Shown here: in pieces, positions 1 to 13,220 of the stretch | How positions within the stretch are numbered: position 1 is the stretch's first letter | Layout of the letters: each line of letters opens with the position of its first letter | NCBI GenBank assembly: GCA_017499595.2 | Contig: CM039008.1 | Location: 310,001-374,000, forward strand | Source: Psilocybe cubensis | Lineage: Eukaryota | Reading direction: 5' to 3' | DNA: 64,000 nt | Position numbers and translations under genes: made by a program | Notes under the pieces: model-generated | What the model was told of the DNA's origin: nothing | Database searches by the model: none | The model's input: only the letters and a program-made list of their open reading frames with translations

Positions 1-1290
1 GTCTTTGGATGGGTTGCTGCTCCCGTGTTTTCCAGACGTGGAGTGGGATAACGAGAGATCTGGGGCATGAGAGTGTGAAGAATGGATGGACGACGTCGAG
101 GAACGGAAGGACGCAGGCGTACCACTCCTTCTCTCTTTATCTTTATCCTTACCATGTTTCCCTTCTTTTGTCTTGCCGTGCCCAGACCCCTCCCTACCGC
201 TGGCATACCCGCTCGCAATACCCTGTCCCTGTACTTCCACTGGCGGCTCCTCCCAACCGCGGTGTTGCACCCCCAGCAGCCAAATTGGCTCTGCGCACCG
301 ATCCGGCACCGCATCACTGTCCAACAAATACCGCATCGCCTTGTCGAGGTGACCCTTGCCATGCTTGGCGGCAGTAAGCAGCGCAGCGGCGCCGCTCCTC
401 CTCGGAGAATTCATGCTTGTACTACTGGGAGAATTGGCGGTGGAGGAAAGGGGTGTGGAGTGATATGATGAATGTGACGACTGTGAAGCGTGATGGTGCT
501 GCGCGAGCAGAGTCGGCAAAGATAGATCAGTCGTAGAGGACGCCGACGCGCTCGTTGTGAGCTGTTGGAACCACCCCGACAGCCGTGTCGGGAGGATATC
601 CCCTATACGCGAGTGCCCTGCCCCTCCCGATCCCGACGTGGAGGCATAGAGCGCAGGTGCACTAGCAGGATACGACCCATCGCCAGCCGCAGGCCGCTCA
701 GAGCGCGTGCGCGGTCGTGGAATGGGTATGTTCACTGGCATCTGTGCAGGCATAAACGGGGACTCGCGCTCAGGCTCGACGATGACCGGCGGCTCATCCA
801 TATCCATGTCCATCGATGCGTTCCTGCTATTGCTGGCGTTGATTTCGGGAGACAATGATGCCCTCCTTTCTTTTTCTCTTTCCCTCTCCTTTTCCTTATC
901 CCGCCCGATAACCAAAAATTTGCTCGACTTGCGCGGTTTCGCTGGAGTCGGAGGGACTCCTCCCTTTCCGTGCACCTGCTCCTGGTACGAATATGGCTCA
1001 GGCGAAGCCGACCCCCCGCTCATTCCGCTCCCTCCACTACCACTGGCACTGGCACTCATACCCCCACTCCCACTCCCACTGCCTCCTATGCTCCCACTCG
1101 TACTGACTGGACTGCCACCTACAAACCCATCCGTCACACTCCGACTCCTATCCCGATTCGCTTTCGTCTGCAAAAACTTGGGGAGCTTCGATGGCGCGTG
1201 GGCGGGCGTAGGTGGAGTGGCAGCAGAAGGGGACGGAGAGGGGGTGTTGGTCTGTCTGAAATTGGATGACGTCGAGTTCTTGGAAGACAT
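1..1290 (-). CDS. ATG4: Autophagy cysteine protease Atg4, N-terminal part (runs off the left edge)
   Basis: Minus-strand frame open from ATG at 1290 to base 1 (absent from ORF track because no stop lies in the window). Ser/Gly-rich N-terminus followed by GHLDKAMRYLLDSDAVPDRCAEPIWLLGVQH, the block I recognise just before the C54 peptidase domain in basidiomycete Atg4. Catalytic domain lies outside the window. Confidence 0.75.
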   Translation of the reverse strand, partial: MSSKNSTSSNFRQTNTPSPSPSAATPPTPAHAPSKLPKFLQTKANRDRSRSVTDGFVGGSPVSTSGSIGGSGSGSGGMSASASGSGGSGMSGGSASPEPYSYQEQVHGKGGVPPTPAKPRKSSKFLVIGRDKEKEREREKERRASLSPEINASNSRNASMDMDMDEPPVIVEPERESPFMPAQMPVNIPIPRPRTRSERPAAGDGSYPASAPALYASTSGSGGAGHSRIGDILPTRLSGWFQQLTTSASASSTTDLSLPTLLAQHHHASQSSHSSYHSTPLSSTANSPSSTSMNSPRRSGAAALLTAAKHGKGHLDKAMRYLLDSDAVPDRCAEPIWLLGVQHRGWEEPPVEVQGQGIASGYASGREGSGHGKTKEGKHGKDKDKERRSGTPASFRSSTSSIHSSHSHAPDLSLSHSTSGKHGSSNPSKD

Positions 1291-4200
1291 GTCGTGATTG
1301 TAGGCGTGTAGGTGTACGATATCGTGGATGTATGTGCCAATAAAGGTGCAGGAGACTAGACTAGACGTGAAATATAATCGTGATGTCGATGACGGTGCTG
1401 TGTAGGTGTGGTTAGGAGTCGTCGTCGGATGAGTCGGAATGAAGCTAGGAGTCGTAACCACGACAAAGAAAATAGAGGGTAATCATATCGATTAGTGCCC
1501 ATCTCAATCCAGTGCAAAGTACGACAGTCAAAAAAGAAAAGGCGGAATAGGGGAGAGAAAAAGAGAAAAAAGAACACTCACTCCTATGTCGTGTCGTTAA
1601 AACCGTAAGCTGAAAAAGTACACGCAATACACCACTGTACAGAATCTATGCACCGCACTTCCTGGTGGGTAAGTGACTCAAAATACTGATAATGAAAATG
1701 GTGATTCGTGGCAAGTCAGATCGAAGTGTTTGATGATGATGTTGATGTGATGCCGCCGATAATTGATGATGTCGTATCGATATTGAATTTAGACGTTATA
1801 TCGACAGTGCGCAAACAGAAAGACCCAGTGGGTGTTGAGGGTTGGGGTTGGTTAAAGATTAGGTTAAACACGGTGCACGGCACTTGATGAAGCAAATGTA
1901 TGTTAGTGTGTCGTCGTTCCTCGCAAAGAAATAAAAAAAAAGCAAAAAAGAAGAAAAGAAAATATTCCAAGGAATGCAAAAAAGAAGAGGAGGATTAAGT
2001 TGCAATCAGGCAGAAAGGGCGTAAAAAGGAGCCACCAACAACGCGGATGCGGTAAGCAGCACAGCACACACGCCGCATCCATCAACACAACACAACCCTC
2101 TGCTCAGATGGGGCGTGCCTACCAGCCACATTCTCAGCCCAAACATATCAAGTCTTGGAGAAAAGAAAATGACGAAAAGAGTGAAAAATGAAGCGCGCGC
2201 AAGAGGGGGAAAAAGCCGACGAAAATTGGCGGAAGAGCAGAGTAATATCGACAGACATACCGACAATGAAAATTCCGATTCCCCTCCAAATCTCTCGCAA
2301 TCCAAGTGTGATTCAGTATTCGTAGCCAACGTTATGGCCGTATTCGTAGCGTGTCGTACCCTTGCCTAAACCGTGCTTTTCGCCTCTATTGCCCGTCCTG
2401 ATAACGAAAGCCGCAAACACTGCAAAGCCGTACGACGATCCTTCTCCTGATCCCGATAGCACTGATCCAGCTGAAAGCGATGCTGATCTTGATAAACTAC
2501 GACGCAACACAACGACGCCCTAAATCCCTAACCCTAACCAACCCAAGCCTTCTCTTCTTTTCCTACTCCGAGGGCCGACTGGGTGAGAAAAAGCAGACCT
2601 CTGAGAACGGAGAAGAAAGGTGAAAAGGGTGAGGCGGAGGAATACGGAAGAATGGAAAGATGGTGAGGGTGAGGAGAGGAACGTTGGTTGTGGATTGGAT
2701 ACCGTTGTCACTGGTCACGACTCGCTGGTGTCAGTGTGACGCGGCGAGTGTTTGTTTAACGTGACCGACCAACCTACAGCAGCAAAATAAGACAAGACAA
2801 GAACACGAGGAAACACTTGCCGAGCCTCTTTCTAAGACTAAGAACGCGACGATAAAGGTACTCAATAGCACCGAGATGGCGTATATATAATGCACAAACG
2901 GCGCCGAGGGCTCAAATGTTACAGCTTCGAGCTCGCAGGAAGAGGGGGAGGAGGAGAGGAGATGTATTTCCCCCGCTCGAGTGATGTCAGGCTGAACTTT
3001 GAAGTTATAGTTCCGGCTGCCAGCGAAATAAGGTTTTGCCTTGAACATGCCCAGTTCGGTCGGTGCTTGTCTTTGCGCGATATCATAGTCTGACTTACTG
3101 GCCCGTGTTTGTTAGGTTCTCTCTGAAATTGTACCCTTATCGGTTCGGCTCATGGGACGTCTTCAGCGTCATCTTCTCTTCTACTCTTTACTTCCCCGGA
3201 TTTCATTTCATTTCCAGGAAATGAAGGACGGACTGTGGAATGCTTTGGGATATGTGCTATAAATGCAGCGGACTCCTGCTCTCTTGCTCTGGCGACCTCA
3301 CGTCGAGCCGTTGAACTCTCTTGCGTGGAATGAATAGCTGTTACTTGAACTTGGAATATCAGAGCTCCACATCCAATATTGATTCGCACCGACACTCACA
3401 AACCCGATTCCCCGCTTCAGGCTTCCATGGATCTAAAATTGTCTATTCATTAAATTGATTTCATCTCGCTCATATTCAGGTAGATGCATGAAGAACCGAC
3501 CCATTTTCTACGGTTCTATAGCATCACTTCGATGACATATCCTAAAGGACGGGTTTCATTTCCGACATTGGATGTTATATAACGAAGAACGTCTCTCTGT
3601 GCCAGCTGATCACCATCGGCAGCGATTTAATACGACATTTCAAGCATCAGATACTCCCAGAGACATTTCTACGCTATCGTCATATAACCCGTTCCAAAAA
3701 TTCAGGTCCGTTTCTCTTGCTATTTAAATAATTTTGTCTCTGCATCTACAACTTCCCTGTACCTCTCTTCTTTCTCTCCTGCCCAAGCCAGTTGAAATTG
3801 CGACCCTCCAGCAGCCACCCACCATGATTTCTCCCGTTATCCAGGATTGAACCTTGAGCAGGCAAGTCCAACATGGCATCTGAACTTTTTTCATCGATGA
3901 ACATTGTCCACAGTTTAAATTTTGACACATTAACACAGACGCTCTCAGCATCAGTGTTCATTGAATGTATCCGTCAAACGAGCTGCTTCTGCATTTCCAA
4001 TTTAACCATTTAATCCGAGGACTAGTAGCGTCCTGGGATCAATCCTCTGCGCACACACCCAGCAATCCACTGAAATTTCAAGCATGAGTGATGTGGACTA
4101 ATGAGATATTCGCAAAAATGTTTCTGAGTTGCACACACACTGAGGAAGGAATAATACATCAGCTATTTTCTTCTTGTTCTTTGCCGTTCAATCTGATGTT

Positions 4201-7200
4201 GTATTTATTCCTAGCCTCTCCTAGCTTTGCGATCAATGAATGTTGAATTATGACGTCGTTAGCTTGTTTTGAAAGCTTACATCACGGACTACAAACAATT
4301 TGTTGGACCTCGAAGCTTTGTGAGCCTTGAAGCTTGTTCCGTCCACAACTTAGCCGCGACAAGGTTGGAGCCAGATCTACAAGAACATCCGCATCTTCTT
4401 CAAAAATGATATATATTAGCGTACTACCAATACAAAATTCGGCCATACAGTCCCATACCCGAACTCACTTCATATTTTCACTTTATCCCGCTATTGTGAG
4501 CTGACACGTATCTCACAAATCGTAATGGATGCGAAGACCAGACTTTCTCGTGACGCGCAGGAATACTAGGACCTACGAGAAGACGGTCACCAGCTTCGTA
4601 GAACCCCTCCCCAAATTCAACTAGCTACTTGATCAAGCGACTCCGAACCTTTGACTCCACCGATAGTTCTGGCTCTTCCTCGACGCTTTCATTTGATCAA
4701 ACGCCACTTCAAAAAGATCTCCGCGTCTTAACTCCATGACTTTGTTCCCGTTCTGCGGAGCAGTGCCCTTCTTCGACAATGAACCTCTTTTCTCAACTCC
4801 CTGTACAGACGACGTAGCATTTTTGTTCATGTCACGTGACTCTGGCTATTCGCGTCTCAGGGGCAAATAACCTCTCTCTGTTCGACCTCAAATCCAAGGC
4901 AGATTGGAACGGGCGCTATTATGCTTGGATCAGAGAGGAACACGCGTACTTGCTAGGGATTCTGTATAGGTACAAACCCACACGACGCCTACTTGCAATG
5001 TTCAATGTCTTCCCAGCAAGCGCCACACGACCGTCGCTTCGATGTGCATTTTGCCCTTACTGTTCTAGCAGCGTCATTTAGTTCCAATTCACCATTTCCT
5101 GATCCTTTTTTGATCATATCTCCGAGAAACTGGATCGAGGTGTCCAAAAGCGACACCTATAGACATCGGCTTTACATTTAGACTCGATTATCTTCTCTAA
5201 TACCCAATCGTCGTTTCAATAGCCGTCTAGACCACAAAAAATTTGTGGAGCTGTATTTCGAAATCTCGGGGATCACGAATCCTTGTACATTTTGTACGTG
5301 CAATTTTCTCGATCTGACTACCTTCCCTTAACGCTTTCTCTGGTCTACAGACCAAGTTACACATACCCGAGCGGGCTCCGTCTACGACTCACGCACGCAC
5401 GGGCCACAGCTCTGATATCAAAGCTCTAGACTCAAAGATCTTGATCACCTTACGCCTAATCCGATTTGCTAACAATCACCAACTCCTTCTCATTCCCCAG
5501 GCCAGCTGACCTCCCACCCATCCACCGCCCGCCCGATTACATGCCTAAAACAACACCTTCGGTGCCAAGGAAACCATACCGAAGACACAAGCCGTCATAT
5601 TCCCCCGTGCAACCAACTGACGCCAACCTGCCAGAGCCGGTGCCAGGCGATCTATCTTATCTCGTGCTCGCCGAAGGGCGCGTGCCCTTGCTTATTCTTA
5701 TCCTGCAGCCGTAAACGCGGTCAGATTGCAGAAAAGAAGGCAGAGCTTGGAAAAATAGAAAATAGAAAGAGATTTAGGCTTTGGATTAGGCTTTACTGGG
5801 TGTTGCGGTTCCGCCGGGAGCTGTCGTGTGCCGGAAGGGATTCGGACGCCTCTGAGATAGCATGGCGATGCCCTGTGCACGGAGTACTTGTGTGGAAGGT
5901 TCCGCGTTGAGACTCGGTGGGCAGCTGCTAGGATGGGCCGAAGCTATGACGCTTCGGGCTTTATTCCCAAACCTTTCCTCGGGACGTCATCAATTTAGAT
6001 GAAGATAAAACCGAGCCGCATACGTCATGTTTGGATGATCATCGATTTTCCCCCCAAGGCGAAGTTTTTGTTTCTCTCATTTGACCTTCAAGAATATCTC
6101 CGACCTCTGAATACGGAAAGTAGGAACGAAGAGCCATATCGTCCTGGTATATCGGCACTACACATTTATGCAAGTGTAGATTGATAACAATTGCGATACC
6201 CGGTGAGTTCTAGCGCTAAAGAAACTTACCTGTGGTGCTTATTAGGTTGTTCTCTTTGATTGATCACTGGTCAGGTATAGCATATTAAATTCCAGTCTTG
6301 TTCCTTCCCTCAGATTCCGTCCTTGACACGGACGCAAGCGGTCCTTGCAATCGAGACACAAATCGGGTCCGCTCTCGATCTTTCAGTGTGTGTGCTGGCC
6401 TAGTCAAGTCTCTACGATACCACAAACCATCTATAATCATTATCAAGGTACACACGCCCGCTTATTCCCAACCTCCGACGTACAATCTTCATTACACTTC
6501 AAACAGCCTCCACGCCTCCTCGATGTATTCGGAATTTGAACATCATCTTCGACTCTAGACCTCCAGGAAATGTTCTATTCCAACTTCCATCATTCCGTCT
6601 GGTCTTCCATATACATCTTTGTTCTCCTCTCACAGCAGTCAAATTCAAGTCATCCAAAGGCTTCTCCTGAGCACCCTGCATGTCAATTACAGGGGTCCTA
6701 CGTCCGAGATTTCAAGCAACGTGTGTCTAGTCTAGCAATAATTTCTCTTCATATGACTTGCCTGCGCCGCGAACTGGCCGCATCGACTCATTTCATACCC
6801 GACAGCACTCTACATCCACCCCAAAAGGATACCACTCCTGACACTATGTGGAATTTATGACACGCGCACGTAGAACTTGCATCACGGGGAAACCTCAAGA
6901 TTTAGACGATCCGGAATGTTCACCCGTCTCATGTCTAACCCAAATAGATAGATAGATGGGTATGCCTATCATATGGCTGTGTGTGGGTGCGTGCCTAGTA
7001 TTATCTATCCACGTTCACCGCGCGACAGTCCTGACTGTCCGAGTGCCCCAGGTCCTACCGAAATCTGACAGCCAGTGAGACGAATCTCGACGCATAGACA
7101 CCTGCTGCGCGGTGTTGTTTTTGTTCTCGCGTTTAACCCACTTGATAACGACTTCTCCTGCTGTCTGTCCGTGACTATCTCCGGATTCTACTCGTCCGCG

Positions 7201-9669
7201 AGCTGACCGCTCTCCCGAGCAGCACTACGCGTCCAGGGGGCAGCTGACGGCGGTAAGGAGAACAAAGAGAACAAAGAGGCCCGCGTCAACGGCGTTCCGG
7301 CATCGCGAACCCGCAAAGGTTCGTGATCGCGAAATGCCTGCCTGTCCATGTCAAAAGCGGCCACCTTTGGCACCAGTCGCATTTCAGAATCAGATGGGCT
7401 GCTATCTTTGGCTTTTGGCTTGCGCGATCCTCTCGAACCGGCATCATGACAATGCCATGTCATGTCGCGCTGACATCAGCGGAAAAAGGTGAGTGTAGCT
7501 ATCTGCGGAATCCTGTGCGAAATTGCACCTGCCATGCCAGGCGGATTTGAGAAAGGCGTGTCTGTCAGCGTGGCGGGTGTGCTTTATAAAGCCCCGCCTT
7601 AATTGCCCGGTCAGGTACGGGGTGCGTAGGGTGCGATGCAGGCTTGGGATATTAGGTTCAGTAGGGTTGTTAGGGTTGTCTTATCTGTCGGGATTATGGC
7701 CGTTTACATTCCTTGAAAACCTCAGGTGTGTAACGGGTGTTATTTCTTACCGAGTGCAATGCAGCAAGGCATTCATTAATTGAATGTCCAGGCGCTAAAC
7801 GTGGCACCCTTGTTTTCTGTGCAAGATACTTCCGAGATTTTATTTTATTCTGCGTGTCGCCGGCGATGTAGCGGCTGACTATGACTGTTAATAACCTACA
7901 GCGAAAAACATCCCATTAGCTGGACCTGAGACCGACAGTGGGATGAATGTCGTGTCTTGAGATGGCGCGCACTTTGTACGTTTTTCCATTCTCGTATGTT
8001 CAACCATATGAACCACGGGAAATGCATCACAGATTTAAACACGTTCTCCGAGTCGCTATTTATATCACGACAATTCTCATCATGACATGCCCCATGGCTT
8101 TTCGGAACAGTTGAAAACCAGAGTATATTTCATCCGAGAGGTCGCGAATTCCGATACCGTTCCCCGTTCTTGAGGATATCAGCGAGGACTAACTGAATGA
8201 TATTCTGGAATGTCTTTTCTATTGCACGGGCCGTGGATAATAATACGAAGCCGGTAAGTGAACGTAGACCGGCTGTACATTTGCGTTATGTTTTTGGCCT
8301 TCTGGATGCTTAGTTTATCCCATAGCTCATAACTGTAAAATCGGTTCGAGGCACAAAAGTTGAGAAATTGATCATTATTGATTGTTTTGCGATCCGTGGT
8401 TGTTGGACAACGCGTCGAACAACTTCAATTGAACACCGCTGCTCGAAGTCGGGACCGTCAAACAGTTGATTACAATGGCAGAATAGATGACTGCATAACT
8501 GTCTTCGCAGGTGACTCGTAGCCTTCCCACATGCGACGTCTTGTCTTCAAGGAGATTAAATACAATCCGCGTAAGGCTTTGAAACAAGGAAACGCGACAG
8601 AAAATCATCTGACCATGTTCCGTGCGGAGAGATTATCTGAGCGAGAGTAATCCATTCTTCTTGTCAAAAGATTCCTGTGTTTAAACCTTCTAATGACTTG
8701 AATCTCATTAATCGTGGAATCCTCCAGTAATGATGTCGTTAATAAAGGCACTGACTGAATCCGAGGCTATTACATCGACCGTGGGAAATGTCGGAGTATG
8801 AAAATGACAATCAGTCCCCTGATCCAACTCATTTTTCATGTGGCGGTTACATTGCAACTCCCAGGTCCTGGACGATTGTACACCTGTACGCGCTTCTTCT
8901 CTAACCGCATCTGTCTATCTGTTATCAAGAAAGGCGAATCTTTCTATGGCGCCTCGCCATTTGCGACTTTGAAACGCCGACCCAGGATGTCCCTTTTCTT
9001 GAGGCTAGCTGGAATGAACGATTTCTCGCGTCTGGGCCAGTTTGATACTTGCTTCTGCCAGTGTTCAGCTTGTCGACGTCAACCTGTCTATGATTGAGCT
9101 CTGTATACACTATGTGGATAGATCACTCAGTCAAAGGATCATTTCAATGAGATTGATGGTCGAGATCATGATTTACTGTCGACGCTGCGCTGGCCACATC
9201 TATGATGCCATTGTGCGGGAATCTAATATCATATCACTTTCATTGTGTGTGAGGCTTTCGAAGAAGCCTTATCTGACCCACACGGTGGATACACGTGATG
9301 GCCATTCACAAATGTGTAGATGCAGCGCTCTGGACGATCTCGCCGCTCTTACTGCTCTCAAAGGCCCCCTTTTCCGACCACATAGGCTATCGCGTACGCT
9401 TTCGTAAGCCTAGGCGCGAATGCCGTTGTCTGAAGTCGGTTCATATTGTTTAAATGTAGGCATGTTCTTTCCTTCTTTGCAGAAGGCTATTATCGTCGAG
9501 GAACCTGATGCCCACTCAGATTCAGGTTCCTTCTACGCCCGATCATCTTGGTGTGCGTACCTGCCTGCCATTTTCAAACCACGGAAGCATGGCAATACAC
9601 GGCATTGAATGACTCTGTCAATCCCAAGATCTCTATCGCACACACAGCCGGGATAATGGGCGTGTAGAG

Positions 9670-9676
9670 TATAAAA
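9670..9676 (+). promoter_or_regulatory. TATA box of fruit-body protein gene
   Basis: TATAAAA 86 nt upstream of ATG 9756. Confidence 0.5.
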
Positions 9677-9755
9677 GCAAAGCATGCCGACCGGGGATTG
9701 GCAGGACATTGTTCTCTCCCTGTGGAATTGTTTCAACAGATCCTCTTCTCTGAAC

Positions 9756-11455
9756 ATGCTCACTTTTAGTAGGCTTCTTAGCACCATCTCTTGTGCAGTT
9801 GTGGTATCTGGTGAGTTCTGCGTTACCCTCTTGATGTATCCACGCGTAATCAATTACGATATTCAATAGCTGCTGTCAGCAACATTGTCCCTCCAGCATC
9901 CAGGGGTACATGGTACAACCCTGCCGCAGTTGTTGATTTAACTGGGACAGTGACTGATAGCGATTCGATTGCGAACACCGCCGCGATTGTTGACCAGAAA
10001 TCTGGAGCAACCGGAGAGCCTGATCAGCCAATTCCAGAGACTGCAGTCACAGCTGTCGACGGTCAACTCACAGCTGCCGGCTCCTCTAATTCTTCATCAA
10101 CACGTCGCTCAATCCCTGGTAACTCGCTAGTTTCTCGGTCTCCCTCTGATTACGAGACCGTGTTCACTGGTACTGGAACCGGCCCTACCGATCGTGACGC
10201 GTCCATCGAAGGGACTGCTTACCTGACCTTCACTCTCGTGAACAACGCGACCTACAACATCAACGACTGTCTCGCGTTCTGCGACAGCGTTGAACAGTGT
10301 GGTACGTGGTAAAACTGTGCCTATTTTCGTTCGTGTGAACCTGATGTTCTATTAGTGTTCGCCAATTTATACTATGAGCATAACAACGATGGCTTGGATT
10401 TCCATCAGACTTCCAACCTAAAGTGCGCCGTGTATGCTGATACGCATACTGCCGCAGAGAAGACCAACTTTGGTGGACAGCAACTTGAGGCGCCGCCCGC
10501 TGGTCTTACTTTCATTCAAGAGAGCAGTGGATTCTCGTCCAAGACTCTTGTTGACCCACCCACACCCGATGGTTATGAATTAGTCTTCGGACCCACCAAC
10601 GGTGCCAACAATGCTCCCGGGGTATGTAACGAAATTCATTAGCTATCCACAATCTCTTACTTCCAATCCCTGCAGTACATGGGCTTTGCTTTCCTCGACA
10701 GATACGATGTCAATGCTTGCGCCCAACAATGCAACACTCGCGGAGCCGATGGCCAAGGCGGTGCCTGCCAATACTTCAACATCTGGCGTGCAGTTGTCAA
10801 CGGAAACCCGACCACCTATACTTGCAGCATGGTACGTCCGGCCTATATAAATTCTGTAAATAGAAGCAACTCACACGGCCGTTCATAGTACTTCCTTGTC
10901 GCTGATGAGTCCTCTGCCGTCAACACTGGCCAGGGCGACCTCAAGGTCACCTTCTCACGTGGATACAAGCGCAAGAACTTCGTCATCGATGGTGGATTCG
11001 AAGGCTTCAACGAGTGTGACGACTTCTGCTTCGACACTCAATCCGCCAACTGGATCGGCACCAGCCCCGCTGGAGGCTCTCTTGATGCTACCATCTTCTT
11101 CTTCCAGCCCTTCGCCCACAACGGCAACGCTGTCGCTCTCCTCGGTTCTGCCACTGGCGCTGACTCCGACCCGGGAACTCTTACTGTAGCCAAACCATTG
11201 GCAACCGTTGCCGGAAAGCAATACCAGATCACGTTCTTCCAAGCCAGCTCCTTCGCACCCCCCGCCCAGGAGGCTGCTGCTTTCATCGACGTTGTCTGGA
11301 ACGGTGTTGTCCAAACCACGATCCACCCAGGATTCGCCAACTTCGAGATCTTCCAGGTTACCGTCACCGCCCAAGGAAACGATATCCTTGCCTTCCACGG
11401 TGGCGCTGCTCCCGCGTGGTCCTTCATCGATGATGTGACTGTCTTCCAACTTTAA
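9756..11455 (+). CDS. Secreted Cys-containing 'fruit-body specific protein A'-like protein with C-terminal carbohydrate-binding-like domain (5 exons)
   Basis: Signal peptide MLTFSRLLSTISCAVVVSA; intron 9811-9869 and three further GT-AG introns join ORF pieces ...DCLAFCDSVEQCVFANLYYE...LKCAVYADTHTAAEKTNFGGQ...YMGFAFLDRYDVNACAQQCN...; last exon has NFVIDGGFEG...FIDDVTVFQL*. Confidence 0.8.
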
Positions 11456-11600
11456 TCTTCTTAATCTTCACACCCTGCTATCTGCGTTCTTTTTACTTAT
11501 CGAAGGGTTGTATGAATGAACTTTTAGGGACGGCTTGTTATTAATTAATTATCTGCAAAAAATCCTAGCGTTTTATTTCAAGGTTCATTTTGAGCAGTGG

Positions 11601-13220
11601 TTAATTTCCCCGAAACACCATCCTTCTGAGCCCATTGGCTCGGTCCATGTCGTCTTGGTATTGGTGGGGATGAGTCTCTATTCGATTGTCAAGGTCGGTC
11701 AGACCATCTGACCAACCAACAGTTGCTTTGCTGAAGACACGAATGTTCAAGACCACTCGGCTTGTAAGCATGGAATGGATGCTTCGCGCGACGCTGATGA
11801 GATGCGTGGCGTTTAGCACCATGTCTGAGCAAACGGACCGTTTGAAGAAACGTACGTTATAAGAAGTTGCTGATACGTCGCCTGTAAAGCGTCATTTAGA
11901 AGAGTACTCAAGAAAAAATTTTGACGGAAATAAATCGCTCACAGGTAATGCTTTGATCACAATGATGTTTAGGCTGGACAGTACTGCAGCCGTAACGTCA
12001 GTGTGTGCGTAATTCGATGCGATGCGATGTCGTTGGGCGCTTCATGTGACTCACAGAATAGATAAAAATAATAAACAACACCTGAATATGTATCAGGGAA
12101 GCACAATGGTGGGAGGACGAAGAACGTTGTAGCTCACCGTCCCGATAAATTACATTCATTAGGGCCGAGTTCCCTCCCGTTCGATCTGTTTGAGGACATG
12201 GTTAATCCGGCACGGATAAAATAATTTGAAGTCAAATTGCTTGCATGCGCTAATTCCAGGAATGATCATGAGGACGAGCACGACTGTGGAAAGTACGAAG
12301 TTGGCTCAGATATGCATCCATTCAAATTTAACGGGACTCTTACAAGCATCCCAAATCATAAAAATTGCCCACACATATATCAACAATTGATCGGCTTGCA
12401 TCACCATACAGCCTTGAAAATCTGGATATGGACGCTCTGCAACTATAACCTTACCTGTCAGAGAACAATCCAGAATCCTAAAATGTAACTTACACTTTAA
12501 CGATCTTAGGAAGAGAGGAAGGAGCCCAAAGTCTGGCGCCCACACGATGACGAAAAGAATTGGAAGTATGATGGCCAGACGTCGGTCTCGGTACCACACC
12601 GCCCACGCTCGTAGTGTCATGATTACTGTATCATTTTCGAAGACGATTTAACTGCGTGATGACCAAATCTTGAAACTTGAAGACCTACTCTCTGATATGG
12701 CCGAAGAAAAGACCATCAATGCTGTCGTAGACGTCCTGGTCATCAAAGATACTATTACATCATGAAATAACTCACACCCAATGGTAATATATAATGTTTT
12801 GCATTGACCAGGACTGAGGGTGGCCAAGTCATCTGAGTATAAAGGTGACATGGAATGCCATATCTTCGAAAGGGATGTAAAAATTGGCTTACGATATAAA
12901 CCAAGTAAGACCGTGTCGACAAACGGCATGTAGCGCTGGAAGAGATACAACGCCTTCATCACAGTCCATTTCGATGGCCACACAAACTCGATTTCCATCC
13001 CAAGTGTGATTAAGTAGTCCCAGAGGAACAAAGTGACTGCCCCCACTACGATGCCAATTTAAAAAAATCAATTGGCCTTTGTTACGAAATATTGACTAAC
13101 CATTGAAATACTGCAAGCATATATGTCAACGCTTTTCCTCCGTGCAGCAAAGGCGCTTAAACTCACCGTGACAAGCTTGACAATTCGAAGTTCATGAATT
13201 AGTGGATCCTCTTCGGACAT
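11601..13220 (-). CDS. DUF6533-like multi-pass membrane protein (multi-exon)
   Basis: Start MSEEDPLIHELRIVKLV; motif TLFLWDYLITLGMEIEFVWPSKWTVMKALYLFQRY; later LRAWAVW, YRDG, SMLTSRVVLNIR typical of this agaric family. Confidence 0.8.

Noticed and set aside
9-1297. Plus-strand ORFs (122, 128, 196 aa etc.)
   Set aside because: Antisense shadows of the ATG4 coding strand
2517-2544. CCCTAAATCCCTAACCCTAACC telomere-like repeat, considered as a telomerase RNA template or interstitial telomere
   Set aside because: Only 2-3 imperfect units, inside the probable ATG4 leader on the opposite strand; no supporting structure seen; more likely a telobox-like motif or chance
3400-4830. Protein-like fragments on the minus strand
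   Set aside because: Stops in all frames and no recognisable motif; possibly a decayed gene but unsupported
8375-9410. Short ORFs on both strands suggesting a pseudogene
   Set aside because: Could not assemble a consistent frame or assign a family
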